64,000 nucleotides of DNA from NCBI GenBank assembly GCA_963764625.1, contig CAVXTH010000009.1, positions 992,001 through 1,056,000 of the forward strand, written 5' to 3'. This document shows, one piece after another, positions 11,539-22,149 of the stretch. The notes below the pieces were generated by a model. The model worked only from the letters and a program-made list of their open reading frames with translations. It ran no database searches and was not told where the DNA came from. The position numbers and the translations under genes were made by a program. The stretch comes from Candidatus Krumholzibacteriota bacterium (GTDB lineage: Bacteria > Krumholzibacteriota > Krumholzibacteriia > JAJRXK01). Every line of letters begins with the position of its first letter. The stretch's first letter is position 1.

Positions 11539-14196
11539 GTGATTGACGAGATGCGTGTTTACGAACTCGCCAAGAAATATGACCTGAGCAGCAAGACGGT
11601 GCTCACGATCCTCGAGGAGCTGGGTATCCTGGCAAAGTCGCATATGACGGTCGTGAACGATGAGGACGCGCTTCTCGTAGCGGAACGCTTTGCCAAGAGC
11701 GCCGAGGGCGGGGCCCCCGTCGTGGAAAAGGGGCCTCGCTACGAAGTGGAACGGGCCAAGCCCAAGCCCAAGCACATGACCGCGCGCGAGAAGCTCGCCG
11801 CGAAGCGCAAAGCGGGCAAGAAGGAAACCGACGCCCAACCGTCGCAGGCCGAGAAGAGTTCCGTTTCCGCCAAGGACAGCGCCGCGGAAAGCACCGCGGA
11901 GGCTCCCAATCTGAAGCGTCGCCCGCGGGTGCAGCCACGAGTCGTTCCTTCGGCCGCGTCCAAGGCCGAGACCCCCGCGAGTGGCGGCAAGGAAGCCACC
12001 GCGACCGAACCGAAGAAAGTCCGCGAGAAGACGCCCGCGAAGCCAGCGCGCCCCGACATGAGTCAGGTGGCCAAAGCCGCGGCACGCGTGAGGGCTCAGA
12101 TCCACGACGAGGGCAAGATTCGCATGGCCAAGCCGGAGTCCGAGCGCAAACGGCCGGCCAAAAAAGCTCCGAAGAAGGAAGTGGGCACGGGCGCTCCCGA
12201 AGCCAAGACCACGCGGGAAGTCCTCGAGAGCATGCGCCGCAGCACCGAGTCGTCTGGACCCCGCAAGAACATCGACACCTCCGCGATTCAGCAGAGGGTT
12301 CGCCAGTCGCTCTCCCGCATCGACGTGAGCCGGAGCCGCCGGCCCCCGGCCCCAGTCAAGCGGGGTGGATCGAGAAAGCTGCGTGAGGGCAAGAAGGAGA
12401 GAGCGGCTCGTCATCGCGCTCGGGAAGAGGCACAGCACACGCGGCAAGACGTTTTACGCATTACCGAGTACATCACGGTGCAGGAATTCGCCCATCAGCT
12501 CGATGTCAAGGCCACCGAGATCATCGCCAAGCTCATGGGTATGGGGGCCATGGCTACCATCAACCAGCGTCTCGATCGCAGCATGATCGAGTTCTTGGCC
12601 GAGAGCTACGAGATCGAAATCGAGTGGCTCGACGAGTACGAGGAAGACGCCTTGGCGGAGGAGGAAGAACTGCAAGGAGTGTCCCTTCCGCGGATGCCGG
12701 TGGTCACCGTCATGGGTCACGTCGACCACGGGAAGACGAGCCTGCTCGACTATATCCGCAAGACCAACGTTATCGCGGGTGAGGCGGGAGGAATCACTCA
12801 GCATATCGGCGCGTATCAGGTCGAGACTTCCAAGGGGAAGATCACTTTCCTGGATACTCCGGGCCACGAGGCGTTCTCCGCCATGCGCGCGCGCGGAGCC
12901 CAGGTCACCGACATCGTGGTCATCGTGGTCGCGGCGGACGACAAGGTGATGCCGCAGACCGTCGAAGCGATCGATCACGCGCGCGCGTCGAATTGTCCCA
13001 TCGTCATCGCAATCAACAAGATCGATCTTCCCTCCGCCGATCCCTTGGGTGTGAAGCAGCAGCTCACGCACCACAACGTGCTGGTGGAGGAATTCGGCGG
13101 CGAAATCCAATGCGTCGAAATCAGCGCCAAGAAGGGGACAAACGTCGATCAACTCCTCGAGGCGATCGGGCTGCAGGCAGAGGTGATGGAACTCAGTGCG
13201 GTGCAGGATGGCCGGGCACGGGGAGTCGTGGTCGAGTCACAGAAGGATCCGGGTCGAGGAGTGAGCTTCACCGTGCTCGTGAGTCAGGGCTCGCTCCACA
13301 AAGGAGACGCCTTCGTGGCCGGGCTCACCGACGGCCGGGTCCGGGCGTTGCGCAACGAATACAACGAGGATGTCGAGCAAGCCATCCCCGGTGAACCGGT
13401 GGTGGTGCTCGGGGCGAACGGGGTCCCGCTCGCGGGAGACAGCTTCACCGCCTACGAAGACGAACGGCAAGCACGGGAAGTCGCCTCGAAGCGCCAGCAA
13501 GTCCAGCGCGAACAGAGCCTGCATGAGCTGCACCGGGGAACGACCCTCGAGAACATCTTCGAAAAGATCCAGGGTGGCGAGGCCCAGGAGCTCAATCTTT
13601 TGGTCAAAGGGGACGTCGCGGGCTCAGTCGAAGCCCTGTGCGATTCGCTCATGAACTTGAGCACGGAAAAGGTGGCGGTCAGAGTCATCCACAAGGCGGT
13701 TGGCGGGATCACCGAGAGCGACGTGAACCTGGCCGCGGCGAGCGATGCCATCATCGTCGGTTTCCATCTGCATCCGCCGGCTGTGGTACGAGACGCCGCA
13801 AAGAGGCAGAACGTTCCGCTCCACACCTACAACGTAATCTACGAAGCGGTGGACGAAGTAAGGCAGGCCATGAGCGGTTTGCTCAAACCGGTGGAGAGAG
13901 AGGTCGCTTCGGGCTCGGCCGAAGTGCGCGAGACCTTCAAGGTGCCGCGGATTGGGCTCATCGCAGGTTGCATGGTGGTCGACGGCACGATCAAGAGAAA
14001 CAGCCGGGTCAAGGTCATCCGCGATCAGGTCCAGATCTACGAGGGTGTCATCTCCTCCCTCAGACGATTCAAGGACGACGCGCGCGAAGTCCAGTCGGGT
14101 TTCGAATGCGGGATCGGAGTCGAGGGATATCAGGACGTGCGGGTAGGCGATACCCTCCAGACCTACGAAATCGAGGAAGTGGAACAGGAGCTCTAG
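11539..14196 (+). CDS. infB: Translation initiation factor IF-2
   Basis: MRVYELAK N-terminus; [20 protein letters not shown] and INKID G-domain motifs; GFECGI C-terminus. Confidence 0.98.
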   Translation: MIDEMRVYELAKKYDLSSKTVLTILEELGILAKSHMTVVNDEDALLVAERFAKSAEGGAPVVEKGPRYEVERAKPKPKHMTAREKLAAKRKAGKKETDAQPSQAEKSSVSAKDSAAESTAEAPNLKRRPRVQPRVVPSAASKAETPASGGKEATATEPKKVREKTPAKPARPDMSQVAKAAARVRAQIHDEGKIRMAKPESERKRPAKKAPKKEVGTGAPEAKTTREVLESMRRSTESSGPRKNIDTSAIQQRVRQSLSRIDVSRSRRPPAPVKRGGSRKLREGKKERAARHRAREEAQHTRQDVLRITEYITVQEFAHQLDVKATEIIAKLMGMGAMATINQRLDRSMIEFLAESYEIEIEWLDEYEEDALAEEEELQGVSLPRMPVVTVMGHVDHGKTSLLDYIRKTNVIAGEAGGITQHIGAYQVETSKGKITFLDTPGHEAFSAMRARGAQVTDIVVIVVAADDKVMPQTVEAIDHARASNCPIVIAINKIDLPSADPLGVKQQLTHHNVLVEEFGGEIQCVEISAKKGTNVDQLLEAIGLQAEVMELSAVQDGRARGVVVESQKDPGRGVSFTVLVSQGSLHKGDAFVAGLTDGRVRALRNEYNEDVEQAIPGEPVVVLGANGVPLAGDSFTAYEDERQAREVASKRQQVQREQSLHELHRGTTLENIFEKIQGGEAQELNLLVKGDVAGSVEALCDSLMNLSTEKVAVRVIHKAVGGITESDVNLAAASDAIIVGFHLHPPAVVRDAAKRQNVPLHTYNVIYEAVDEVRQAMSGLLKPVEREVASGSAEVRETFKVPRIGLIAGCMVVDGTIKRNSRVKVIRDQVQIYEGVISSLRRFKDDAREVQSGFECGIGVEGYQDVRVGDTLQTYEIEEVEQEL

Positions 14197-14220
14197 AGCC
14201 TCCCGCGCCCTCCCAAGTCC

Positions 14221-14502
14221 ATGATCGTTGCCGTCATGCATCTCGCTCTGCGACTTCAAGCGTCGAGCTCGCTCAAGGAGAAACGCAGGGTGCTGACGAG
14301 CGTGAAGACGCGCCTTCGCAATCGTTTCAACCTGAGCGTCTGTGAGCTCGGCGCACAGGAGAGCTGGAGCGAGGCCGAGCTCGCCGTCGCGGTGGTGGCC
14401 GGTGACAAGCCGCAAGTGGATCGCGTCGTCGACGGGGTGACCCGTTGGCTCGACGCGGACGTCAGGCTCGAGCTCGTTCAGCGCGTGGTCGAGTATTTCT
14501 AG
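14221..14502 (+). CDS. DUF503 (YlxP-like) protein
   Basis: SSLKEKRRVLTSVKTRLRNRFNLSVCE motif; lies between infB and rbfA. Confidence 0.88.
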   Translation: MIVAVMHLALRLQASSSLKEKRRVLTSVKTRLRNRFNLSVCELGAQESWSEAELAVAVVAGDKPQVDRVVDGVTRWLDADVRLELVQRVVEYF

Positions 14503-14512
14503 GGGGGAAGCT

Positions 14513-14896
14513 GTGCGGGAAGGTCATCTAGAGGAAACGCTGCGCCGCATCATCGCCGAAGCTCTGAGTACCAGGGTAAAAGATCCACGGATCGGATTTG
14601 TCACGATCAACGAAGTGAGACTCAATCGCGATAAGACAATCGCGCAGGTGTTCTATACTGTGATGGAAGAAGGCGAGGACCGGCGCAAGTGTTCGACCGG
14701 CCTGAGGAGCAGCGCGAGCTTTCTGCGCGGAATCATCGGTGATTCCCTGCGCCTGAAGACGATTCCGCGGCTCATCTTTCGCTACGATGAGAGCTTGGAT
14801 CGCTCGTTTCGACTCGAGGAGATCCTGGAGGACCTCGCGCCCCAAGTGCAGGATGTGTCGAGCGAGGACGATCACGAGAAGGGGACCGACGGATGA
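14513..14896 (+). CDS. rbfA: Ribosome-binding factor A
   Basis: VKDPRIGFVTINEVRLNRD, LRLKTIPRLIFRYDESL. Confidence 0.95.
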   Translation: MREGHLEETLRRIIAEALSTRVKDPRIGFVTINEVRLNRDKTIAQVFYTVMEEGEDRRKCSTGLRSSASFLRGIIGDSLRLKTIPRLIFRYDESLDRSFRLEEILEDLAPQVQDVSSEDDHEKGTDG

Positions 14897-15897
14897 GTTT
14901 CGTGCCTTACGCACCGCCCAAGGAATTGACGGATCTTCTGCGCGAGAAGCAGAGCTTTCGCCTGGCCACCCACGTGAACCCCGATGCCGACGGTCTGGGG
15001 AGCCTGCTTGGACTCGGGCTCGCACTCTCGGCGGGCGGGAAGACTGTCTCGATGGTTCGTCACGAGGACGGCCCTTCCGCATTCGAACATCTGCCCGGCT
15101 ACTCACAGGCAGTGCTTTTCAACGAGGTGGAGGGCGACGCCGAAGTGCTCATCCTCTTCGATTGCCACGAAGTCTCCCGCATCGGTCCGGCGGCTCACGG
15201 ACTCAAGGGTGACGAGATCATCGTGGTCATCGATCACCATCTCACCGAAGACGGTGGAGGCGACGGTGAACTGGAGTGGTTGGAGCCGCGCGCCGCGGCC
15301 AGCGCCGCCCTGGTGCACTCGCTGGTATCTTCCATGGACGGGCTTGAGTTGAGTCCCGAAGTCGCGAGTTGTCTCTACGCCGGGTTGATCACCGATACCG
15401 GGGGCTTTCGTTTCTCGAACACCGACGCGGTGACCCTGCGCGTGGGCTCGGATCTGGTCGAGCACGGAGCCGATGCCGCGTTTCTCGCCGACGCATTTTT
15501 GCACTTGAGGACTCCCGCGACGCTTCGTCTCCTGGCGAGAGTGCTCGAGTCCTTCGACTACCGGCTCGACGGTCAGGTGGTCTTTGCCACCATGACCAAG
15601 GCGATGTGCCAGGAGACCGAAGGTCGGATGGAAGACACGGAGGGGTTCGTGAATTTCGCGACCTCGGCGAAGGGTGTGAAGCTCGTCGCGCTGTTCAAAG
15701 AGGAGAGCCCGCGCTCGTGGCGCCTCAGTTTACGCGGCAACGAACCCTTCGACGTCCGGCGCGTCGCCAAGTTCTTTTCCGGCGGGGGCCACGCCAGAGC
15801 GGCAGGATGCACGGTGTCAGGTACGCTGGAGGAAGTCAGGGAGCGAATCGCGGTGGCGTTCGGCGAGGAGCTGGCGCGGGGGCAGGCTCTGGGGTGA
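14893..15897 (+). CDS. DHH/DHHA1 family phosphoesterase (NrnA-like oligoribonuclease/PAP phosphatase)
   Basis: THVNPDADGLGS, IDHH, ITDTGGFRFSNT and GGGHARAAG motifs. Confidence 0.92.
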   Translation: MSFVPYAPPKELTDLLREKQSFRLATHVNPDADGLGSLLGLGLALSAGGKTVSMVRHEDGPSAFEHLPGYSQAVLFNEVEGDAEVLILFDCHEVSRIGPAAHGLKGDEIIVVIDHHLTEDGGGDGELEWLEPRAAASAALVHSLVSSMDGLELSPEVASCLYAGLITDTGGFRFSNTDAVTLRVGSDLVEHGADAAFLADAFLHLRTPATLRLLARVLESFDYRLDGQVVFATMTKAMCQETEGRMEDTEGFVNFATSAKGVKLVALFKEESPRSWRLSLRGNEPFDVRRVAKFFSGGGHARAAGCTVSGTLEEVRERIAVAFGEELARGQALG

Positions 15898-16874
15898 GCC
15901 GCCATGGACGAAGCGGTCCGGCGAGGGTGGTGCTTCTGGACAAGCCGGAGGGCCCCACGAGTTTCGAGCTCGTGCGCATGCTACGCGCGCAAAGCGGTTA
16001 CAAGAGAGTGGGGCACGGCGGCACCCTCGATCCCTTCGCCTCGGGGCTCTTGGTCATGGGCTTGGGATCGGCCACGCGCTTGATGGGTTACCTCAGCCAC
16101 GGCGAGAAGACCTACGTCGGAACCGTCCATTTCGGATTCTCCACCGACACCGATGACAGAACCGGCAAGATCCTTCGAACCAAGAGCCCTTCGTTCAGCG
16201 CATCGGAACTCGCGTCGGCGCTGCAGGAATTTCAGGGAGAGATCCTGCAGCGGCCGCCCACCGTCAGTGCGCTCAAAGTGGCGGGCAAGAGGGCGTACGC
16301 GCTCTACCGCGACGAGGGGGAGACCCCGGCGCTTGCGCCTCGACGAGTAATCATCCACGAGATTTCCCTACTGGAGGCCTCCAACGAGCGCGCCCGCCTG
16401 CGGGTTCGCTGTGGCGGCGGAACCTACATTCGCGCGCTCGCCCGTGACCTCGGCGAGCGTCTCGGCTGCCCGGCGCATCTTCACTCCCTCAGGCGGGAGA
16501 GAGTGGGCCCCCTGACGCTGGAAAGGGCGGTGGGTCCGGAGTCGTTTCGCGATGGATTCGTCGACGACCCGCGGCACGGCGTGTTTTCGCCGCTTCAGGC
16601 GGTGGCGGATTGGCCGCGGCTCGAGCTCGATGCGGGACAGGTGCGCCACGTGCGCCACGGCGGTCAACCGCTCTCGCAGTGGTGGGGAGCGGCCCGAGAG
16701 GGGGATGCCGCGTCGGAGGGGTCCCTAGCGGAGAGCTCTTTTCGGCTCGAAGCTGCGCCGCGTCGCACCGCGCTCCTGGACGAGATGGGAGAGCTGGTCG
16801 CGCTGGCGGAGTTTCAAAACCTGGGGCCGCGTCTGTTGATGGTGCTACCCGAGGACTCGCGTGAAGATCTATAG
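15894..16874 (+). CDS. truB: tRNA pseudouridine(55) synthase TruB
   Basis: LDKPEGPTSF, VGHGGTLDPFASGLL, CGGGTYIRALARDLG. GTG start overlaps the upstream stop. Confidence 0.95.
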   Translation: MSRHGRSGPARVVLLDKPEGPTSFELVRMLRAQSGYKRVGHGGTLDPFASGLLVMGLGSATRLMGYLSHGEKTYVGTVHFGFSTDTDDRTGKILRTKSPSFSASELASALQEFQGEILQRPPTVSALKVAGKRAYALYRDEGETPALAPRRVIIHEISLLEASNERARLRVRCGGGTYIRALARDLGERLGCPAHLHSLRRERVGPLTLERAVGPESFRDGFVDDPRHGVFSPLQAVADWPRLELDAGQVRHVRHGGQPLSQWWGAAREGDAASEGSLAESSFRLEAAPRRTALLDEMGELVALAEFQNLGPRLLMVLPEDSREDL

Positions 16875-17877
16875 AGGCAGCTTTCTGGAGCTTCCTGAGC
16901 TCGGGGGCTCGTGGGCCGTGACCCTAGGCACCTTCGACGGGGTGCACCGGGGACACGCCGCCATCTTCGCACGTGCCCTCGACGCGGTACGCCGCGAGGG
17001 ATTGGACGGCTCGCTGGCCATCACTTTCGGTCGTCATCCCCGGGCCGTGCTCACCCCCGACCAGCGTCCTCGCCTCTTGACCACTCTGGAGGAGCGCATC
17101 GCTCTCTTGCGCGCCGCCGGACTGGACCGGCTCTACGTGCTGGACTTCGAGGAGAAGCTGCAGGTGCTCGAGTACGACGAATTCGTGCGCTACGTTCTAG
17201 TCGATCGGCTCGGTCTGGCGCATTTCATTCTGGGTCACAACGTGCATTTCGGACGCGGACGAAGGGGCACGTTGGAGTCGGTACGCGCCCTGGCGGAGGA
17301 AATGGGGTTCGCCTTCTCCCAGGTAAAGAGCGTAGAGCACGAGGGAAACGCCATCTCGAGTTCGCGCATAAGGGACGCGATCGAGGCCGGGGATCTCACC
17401 GGGGCGACGGCCATGCTGGGGCATCCCTATCTGGTCTGCGGTCCGGTGGAGGGCGGCCGGCAAATCGGGCGCCGCCTGGGCTTTCCCACCGCGAATCTGC
17501 GGATCACCCACCCCGCGAAACTGTTCCCGCCTCCGGGGGTCTACGCGGCCTGGGCCCGGGTGGTGGGAGAGTCGGGCTTCGTTCCGGCCGCACTGAACCT
17601 GGGCCATTCCCCGACCTTCGGATCCGGGACGGAGCTGCGGCTGGAAGTCCACCTCCTCGAGGGTAGTCCGCAACTTTATGAAAAACGCCTCCTCGTGGCC
17701 TTCGGCCCCCGCCTGCGCGCCGAGAAGCGCTTCTCCGCTCCCGAGGAGCTGGGACGGCAGATCGCGCGCGACGTGGAGGCGGTTCCCTTCGCTCTGGCCG
17801 CATCTCCCGCCTGGCAGACTCCCCGGGCCCTGGGTCCTTCCTTCGCGCTCGAGGGAGACGAGGACCCTTCCGAATAG
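16861..17877 (+). CDS. ribF: Bifunctional riboflavin kinase / FAD synthetase
   Basis: GTFDGVHRGH, ISSSRIR, GRRLGFPTANL, LEVHLL. Confidence 0.95.
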   Translation: MKIYRGSFLELPELGGSWAVTLGTFDGVHRGHAAIFARALDAVRREGLDGSLAITFGRHPRAVLTPDQRPRLLTTLEERIALLRAAGLDRLYVLDFEEKLQVLEYDEFVRYVLVDRLGLAHFILGHNVHFGRGRRGTLESVRALAEEMGFAFSQVKSVEHEGNAISSSRIRDAIEAGDLTGATAMLGHPYLVCGPVEGGRQIGRRLGFPTANLRITHPAKLFPPPGVYAAWARVVGESGFVPAALNLGHSPTFGSGTELRLEVHLLEGSPQLYEKRLLVAFGPRLRAEKRFSAPEELGRQIARDVEAVPFALAASPAWQTPRALGPSFALEGDEDPSE

Positions 17878-17880
17878 CCC

Positions 17881-17909
17881 TTGACAAGCGCAAGCGCCTT
17901 AAATAACGT
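17881..17909 (+). promoter_or_regulatory. Putative sigma70 promoter of rpsO
   Basis: TTGACA (17881-17886), 17 bp spacer, TAACGT (17904-17909). Confidence 0.7.
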
Positions 17910-18054
17910 ACCTTGCCGTTTGTAGAAGAAAGAAAAGAAAGACGAATACTGTGGGCGCTCCACCGGCGTCTTCGCGGAACGAGTCGCGGGGAAGAGCTGG
18001 ATGGTCCTGCCTGCGACCATCGCGAAGCCGGCCCGTCCGGCAAAAGGAGCGACG

Positions 18055-18324
18055 ATGGCCCTGAACAGGGATGCGAAGGAAAGGATCATCAAATCCTACC
18101 AGAAGCACGACGGCGACTCGGGTTCCCCCGAGGTGCAGATCGCGCTTCTCAGCGAACGTATCGCCACTCTTACGGAGCACTTCAAGGTCCATAAGAAGGA
18201 TCACCATTCCCGCAGAGGCTTGTTGAAGATGGTGGGGCAGCGCAAGCGACTGCTCAACTATCTCAAGACCAAGGACCTCGAGAGCTATCGCAAGCTCATC
18301 AAGGAACTGGGGATCCGCGGCTAA
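18055..18324 (+). CDS. rpsO: 30S ribosomal protein S15
   Basis: [50 protein letters not shown]; AAGGAG RBS. Confidence 0.98.
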   Translation: MALNRDAKERIIKSYQKHDGDSGSPEVQIALLSERIATLTEHFKVHKKDHHSRRGLLKMVGQRKRLLNYLKTKDLESYRKLIKELGIRG

Positions 18325-18336
18325 GCCGTGCTTTTT
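18316..18336 (+). terminator. Possible short intrinsic terminator overlapping the rpsO stop
   Basis: CGCGGC-taa-GCCGTG followed by CTTTTT; the stem is short. Confidence 0.35.
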
Positions 18337-18457
18337 GAAAGTTGTCCGGTCTTTCGCCGGCCTTGCTCAGTCCAAGTATTCCCCGTGTTTCCTGGCGGCG
18401 CGAAACGTCGCGCCGGCATGTTCAGAACGCAGTCGTCAGTCGTAGGGAGAAAGAACT

Positions 18458-20557
18458 TTGTTAAACCGAAGCATTAGCGTCTCGATGGATCTCAACGGAG
18501 CCCCCTTCAGCATCGAAACCGGCAGATTCGCCAAACAGGCGGACGGATCCGTCATCGTACGCCACGGCGATACGATGGCCCTGGTCACCGCGGTCGCCTC
18601 GAAAAAAGTGAGCGACCGGGACTTCTTACCTCTCTTCGTGGAGTTCCGCGAGAGAACCTATGCCGCGGGCAAGATCCCCGGTGGCTTCTTCAAGCGCGAA
18701 TCGCGCCCGGCGGATCGGGAGATTCTCTCCTGCCGTCTCATCGACCGGCCCCTGCGGCCGCTCTTCCCCAAGGATTTCCACAGTGAGATCCAGATTGCCA
18801 GCCATACCGTGAGCGCGGATGGCATGCACAGCGCCGACACCATCTCCATCTCCGGCGCTTCCGCCGCCCTTGGACTGTCGGACATTCCCTTCCCCGAGAT
18901 CATCAGCGGAGTTCGGGTAGGCCGCGTCGAGGGGCAGCTCATCTGCAATCCCACCTTCGAGCAATTGGACGAGAGCGAGATCGATCTCGTGGTCGCCGGT
19001 AGCGACGACATGATCGTGATGATCGAGGGCAGTTGCGACGAGATCTCCGAAGATGAACTTCTGGACGCGATCGATTTCGCGCACGAATGGATTCGCAAGA
19101 TCAACGCCCTGCAGAGGGAACTCATCGAGAAGGTCGGCGTGCCGGTCAAGCGCGAGCTCGTCGCCCTCCCGGTCGATGAGGCCCTGGCGGCGAAAGTCCA
19201 GGAGCTCGGTGGCGAGAAGATGGCGAAGTCCATCCGCATCAAGGGCAAAATGGAGCGCCAGGACGCGGTCGACGGGGTAAAGCACGAAGTGGTGAGCGCG
19301 CTCGTTCCCGAGGGTGATCCCGAGGGAATCGCCGGCACAGTCGGCAAGTTCCTGGGCAAGCTCGAGAAGACCGCGATGCGCGAGATGGTCCTCAGCGAGA
19401 AAGTGCGCGCCGATGGTCGCGGACTCACCGAAGTTCGTCCCATCGAGATCGAGGCGGGGGTGTTGCCGCGTGCACACGGCTCGGCGCTGTTTACGCGCGG
19501 GGAGACCCAGAGCCTCTGCGCCTGTACCCTCGGCACCCAGAAGGACGAACAGAAGATCGATGCTCTGGAAGGCGAGAGCTACAAGAGCTTCATGCTGCAC
19601 TACAACTTTCCTCCGTTCAGCGTGGGCGAGGTGGGCTTTTTCCGCGGCGCCGGCCGGCGCGAGATCGGACATGGAATGCTGGCCGAACGCGCCCTGGAAC
19701 CCATGGTGCCGGCCAGCGAGGACTTCCCCTACACGATTCGTCTGGTGAGCGACATCCTCGAGTCCAATGGTTCGTCCTCGATGGCTTCGGTCTGCGCGGG
19801 GAGCTTGGCCATGATGGACGCCGGAGTTCCCATGCACTCACCGGTGGCGGGCGTGGCGATGGGGCTCATCAAAGAGGGCGACCGGGTGGCGATCCTCACC
19901 GACATTCTCGGCCTGGAGGATCATCTGGGAGACATGGACTTCAAGGTAACCGGGACCAAGCGGGGAATTACCGCTTTCCAGTTGGATACCAAGATCGGTG
20001 GGTTGTCCCGGGAGATCATGAACGAGGCGGTGCGGAATGCCCGTGATGCCCGGATGCACATCCTGGAGAAGATGTCCGAAGTCCTGCCGGAGGCGCGCAA
20101 GCAGTTGAGCCAGTACGCGCCCAAGATGTCCACGATCCAGATTCCAGTGAGCAAGATCGGGGCGCTGATCGGGCCGGGCGGCAAGATCATCAAGAAGCTG
20201 CAGGAAGACACCGGAGCCAATATCGAGGTGAACGACGAGGGTATGGTCTTCGTCTCCGCGATGGATCAGGAGTCGGGACAGGCCGCCATCGATCTCATCG
20301 CCGGGATGATGGCCGAACCCGAGGTCGGCAAGCGCTACAAAGGCCTGGTGAAGAGGATCACCGACTTCGGTGCCTTCGTGGAGATCCTGCCCAACAAGGA
20401 GGGACTGCTCCACATCAGCGAGCTCGACAATCAGAGGGTGCGAGCGGTGACCGACGTGATCCACGAGGGGGAGGAAGTCGAGGTCGAGGTCCTCGAAGTG
20501 GACCAACGCGCGGGCCGGATTCGCCTCAGCCGCAAGGCAGTCTTGAACAGTCAGTAG
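18458..20557 (+). CDS. pnp: Polyribonucleotide nucleotidyltransferase (PNPase)
   Basis: AAGKIPGGFFKRE, FTRGETQ, RREIGHG, LESNGSSSMAS, DHLGDMDFKVTG, KH and S1 domains. Confidence 0.98.
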   Translation: MLNRSISVSMDLNGAPFSIETGRFAKQADGSVIVRHGDTMALVTAVASKKVSDRDFLPLFVEFRERTYAAGKIPGGFFKRESRPADREILSCRLIDRPLRPLFPKDFHSEIQIASHTVSADGMHSADTISISGASAALGLSDIPFPEIISGVRVGRVEGQLICNPTFEQLDESEIDLVVAGSDDMIVMIEGSCDEISEDELLDAIDFAHEWIRKINALQRELIEKVGVPVKRELVALPVDEALAAKVQELGGEKMAKSIRIKGKMERQDAVDGVKHEVVSALVPEGDPEGIAGTVGKFLGKLEKTAMREMVLSEKVRADGRGLTEVRPIEIEAGVLPRAHGSALFTRGETQSLCACTLGTQKDEQKIDALEGESYKSFMLHYNFPPFSVGEVGFFRGAGRREIGHGMLAERALEPMVPASEDFPYTIRLVSDILESNGSSSMASVCAGSLAMMDAGVPMHSPVAGVAMGLIKEGDRVAILTDILGLEDHLGDMDFKVTGTKRGITAFQLDTKIGGLSREIMNEAVRNARDARMHILEKMSEVLPEARKQLSQYAPKMSTIQIPVSKIGALIGPGGKIIKKLQEDTGANIEVNDEGMVFVSAMDQESGQAAIDLIAGMMAEPEVGKRYKGLVKRITDFGAFVEILPNKEGLLHISELDNQRVRAVTDVIHEGEEVEVEVLEVDQRAGRIRLSRKAVLNSQ

Positions 20558-20582
20558 AGTCCTCAAGAGTCCACTGCTTGCC

Positions 20583-20615
20583 GTGGGGGCGGGTCATATC
20601 GGTCCGCCCCCCATG
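20583..20615 (+). terminator. GC-rich hairpin downstream of pnp
   Basis: GTGGGGGCGG...CCGCCCCCCAT inverted repeat. There is no U-tract, so it may be a stabiliser or processing site instead. Confidence 0.4.
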
Positions 20616-20648
20616 CGTCCTGGAGGTGTCTGTTTGAATTTGCCCCCG

Positions 20649-21923
20649 ATGGAGAAGGAGACGCCTCCCTCTCGCCGCCTGCTCGACAACGGAACCGTCC
20701 TGCTCTCCCAGAGCACACCGGCGGCGCACGGGGTGTCATTCGGACTGTGGGTTCGCTCGGGAACGCGTCATGAGACGCTCGAGCAGGGTGGAATCAGCCA
20801 TCTGCTCGAACACATGGTGTTCAAGGGGACGGACCGGCGTACCGCATTCGAACTCGCACGGGACATGGAGGAGCTCGGCGGCAGCCTGGACGCCTTCACT
20901 ACCAAGGAGATGACGGCCTACACCCTGCGGGTCTTACCCCAGCAACTTCCCGAAGCGCTCTCCATTCTATCCGAGATGTTGGAACGCTCGGTTCATCCGC
21001 CCGACCAGCTCGCGCTGGAAAAGGATGTCGTCATCGACGAGATCCTCTCCAGCGATGACACGCCGGACGACTTCGTGCACGAGCGATTCATGGAGCACCT
21101 CTTCCCCGGGCACCCGCTGAGCCGTCCCATCCTGGGCACCCAGGAGACGGTCAAGGCGGTCACCCGCGAGGGTCTGCTCGAGCACATGAGGGGAGTGCAC
21201 CGGGGCAGCAACGTGGTGCTCACCGCCGCCGGGACCATCACCCAGCAACAGGTGGAAGAGATCGGCCAGGCCTTCCATTTCCCCACCGGGTCGCGCGAAT
21301 CCGGGCCCGTTCTCGATCCCCCGAAGCCCGCTCCCGGCGTCTTCAGCTATCCCCGGGAGCTTTCGCAACTCTACCTGGAAATCGGGATTCCCACGGTGGG
21401 GGTGGACCACCCCGATCGTCTCGCGCTGGTCCTGCTCGCGAACCTCCTGGGTGGGGGGATGAGCAGCCGTCTCTTCCAGAGAATTCGCGAAGACGAGGGG
21501 CTCGCCTACAGCATCTACTCCTGGGCCGAGTTCAACGCGGATACCGGCTCCCTCGGGACCACGCTGGCCGCGACCCCCGAAAAGTGCGAGCGGGCGCTCT
21601 CGGTCATCGCGGCCGAGTACGAGAAGTTGCGTCGCGGTGAGCTTGCAGAAGACGAGATCGTGCTGAATCGCAATCAGGTGCTCGCATCGATGATTTTGGG
21701 GCTGGAGGGATCGATGCACCAGATCTCTCGCATGGCGCGCAACGAAATCTACCACGGTCGTTTCGTGAGCGTGGAAGAACTCATCACACGACTCTACGCG
21801 ATCACGCGCGACGATCTCGTGCGCCTGGCGCAACAATACCTGGATCCCGCCTTGCAGACCGTGGTGGGACACGGAGCCGCGCGCGAGCTCTCCTTCGGAG
21901 GCGGCGGATGCGCGAGCAACTGA
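20649..21923 (+). CDS. M16 (pitrilysin/insulinase) family zinc peptidase
   Basis: HLLEHMVFKGT (HxxEH), GGSLDAFTTKE, GGGMSSRLFQRIREDEGLAYSIYS; usual pnp neighbour. Confidence 0.93.
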   Translation: MEKETPPSRRLLDNGTVLLSQSTPAAHGVSFGLWVRSGTRHETLEQGGISHLLEHMVFKGTDRRTAFELARDMEELGGSLDAFTTKEMTAYTLRVLPQQLPEALSILSEMLERSVHPPDQLALEKDVVIDEILSSDDTPDDFVHERFMEHLFPGHPLSRPILGTQETVKAVTREGLLEHMRGVHRGSNVVLTAAGTITQQQVEEIGQAFHFPTGSRESGPVLDPPKPAPGVFSYPRELSQLYLEIGIPTVGVDHPDRLALVLLANLLGGGMSSRLFQRIREDEGLAYSIYSWAEFNADTGSLGTTLAATPEKCERALSVIAAEYEKLRRGELAEDEIVLNRNQVLASMILGLEGSMHQISRMARNEIYHGRFVSVEELITRLYAITRDDLVRLAQQYLDPALQTVVGHGAARELSFGGGGCASN

Positions 21924-22016
21924 GGAGAATCGTCGCGCGATGCAGCTCGCGAACCTAGAGCTAAGAAGACCCGATCCTCTTGTGAGGATTTAGCTCGAAC
22001 TCATTTCGCCGAACGC

Positions 22017-22045
22017 TTGCCTGAATTGGTACTTGTCGTTACTGT
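22017..22045 (+). promoter_or_regulatory. Putative sigma70 promoter of the ACIII-oxidase operon
   Basis: TTGCCT, 17 bp spacer, TACTGT, about 105 nt upstream of actA. Confidence 0.55.
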
Positions 22046-22149
22046 AGCACCGTTCTTTTTCCGGTCTCGCCGTGAACCGGACCCAAGGAGCCAGCCGCCG
22101 GTCTTCCCCCTTGTCCGGTACCTGGGTCCGTACGGCTGCTGGACGCTCC

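Noticed and set aside
21978-21998. Rex operator (TTGTGA...) upstream of the respiratory operon
   Set aside because: Only one half-site is present; the TCACAA half is missing.
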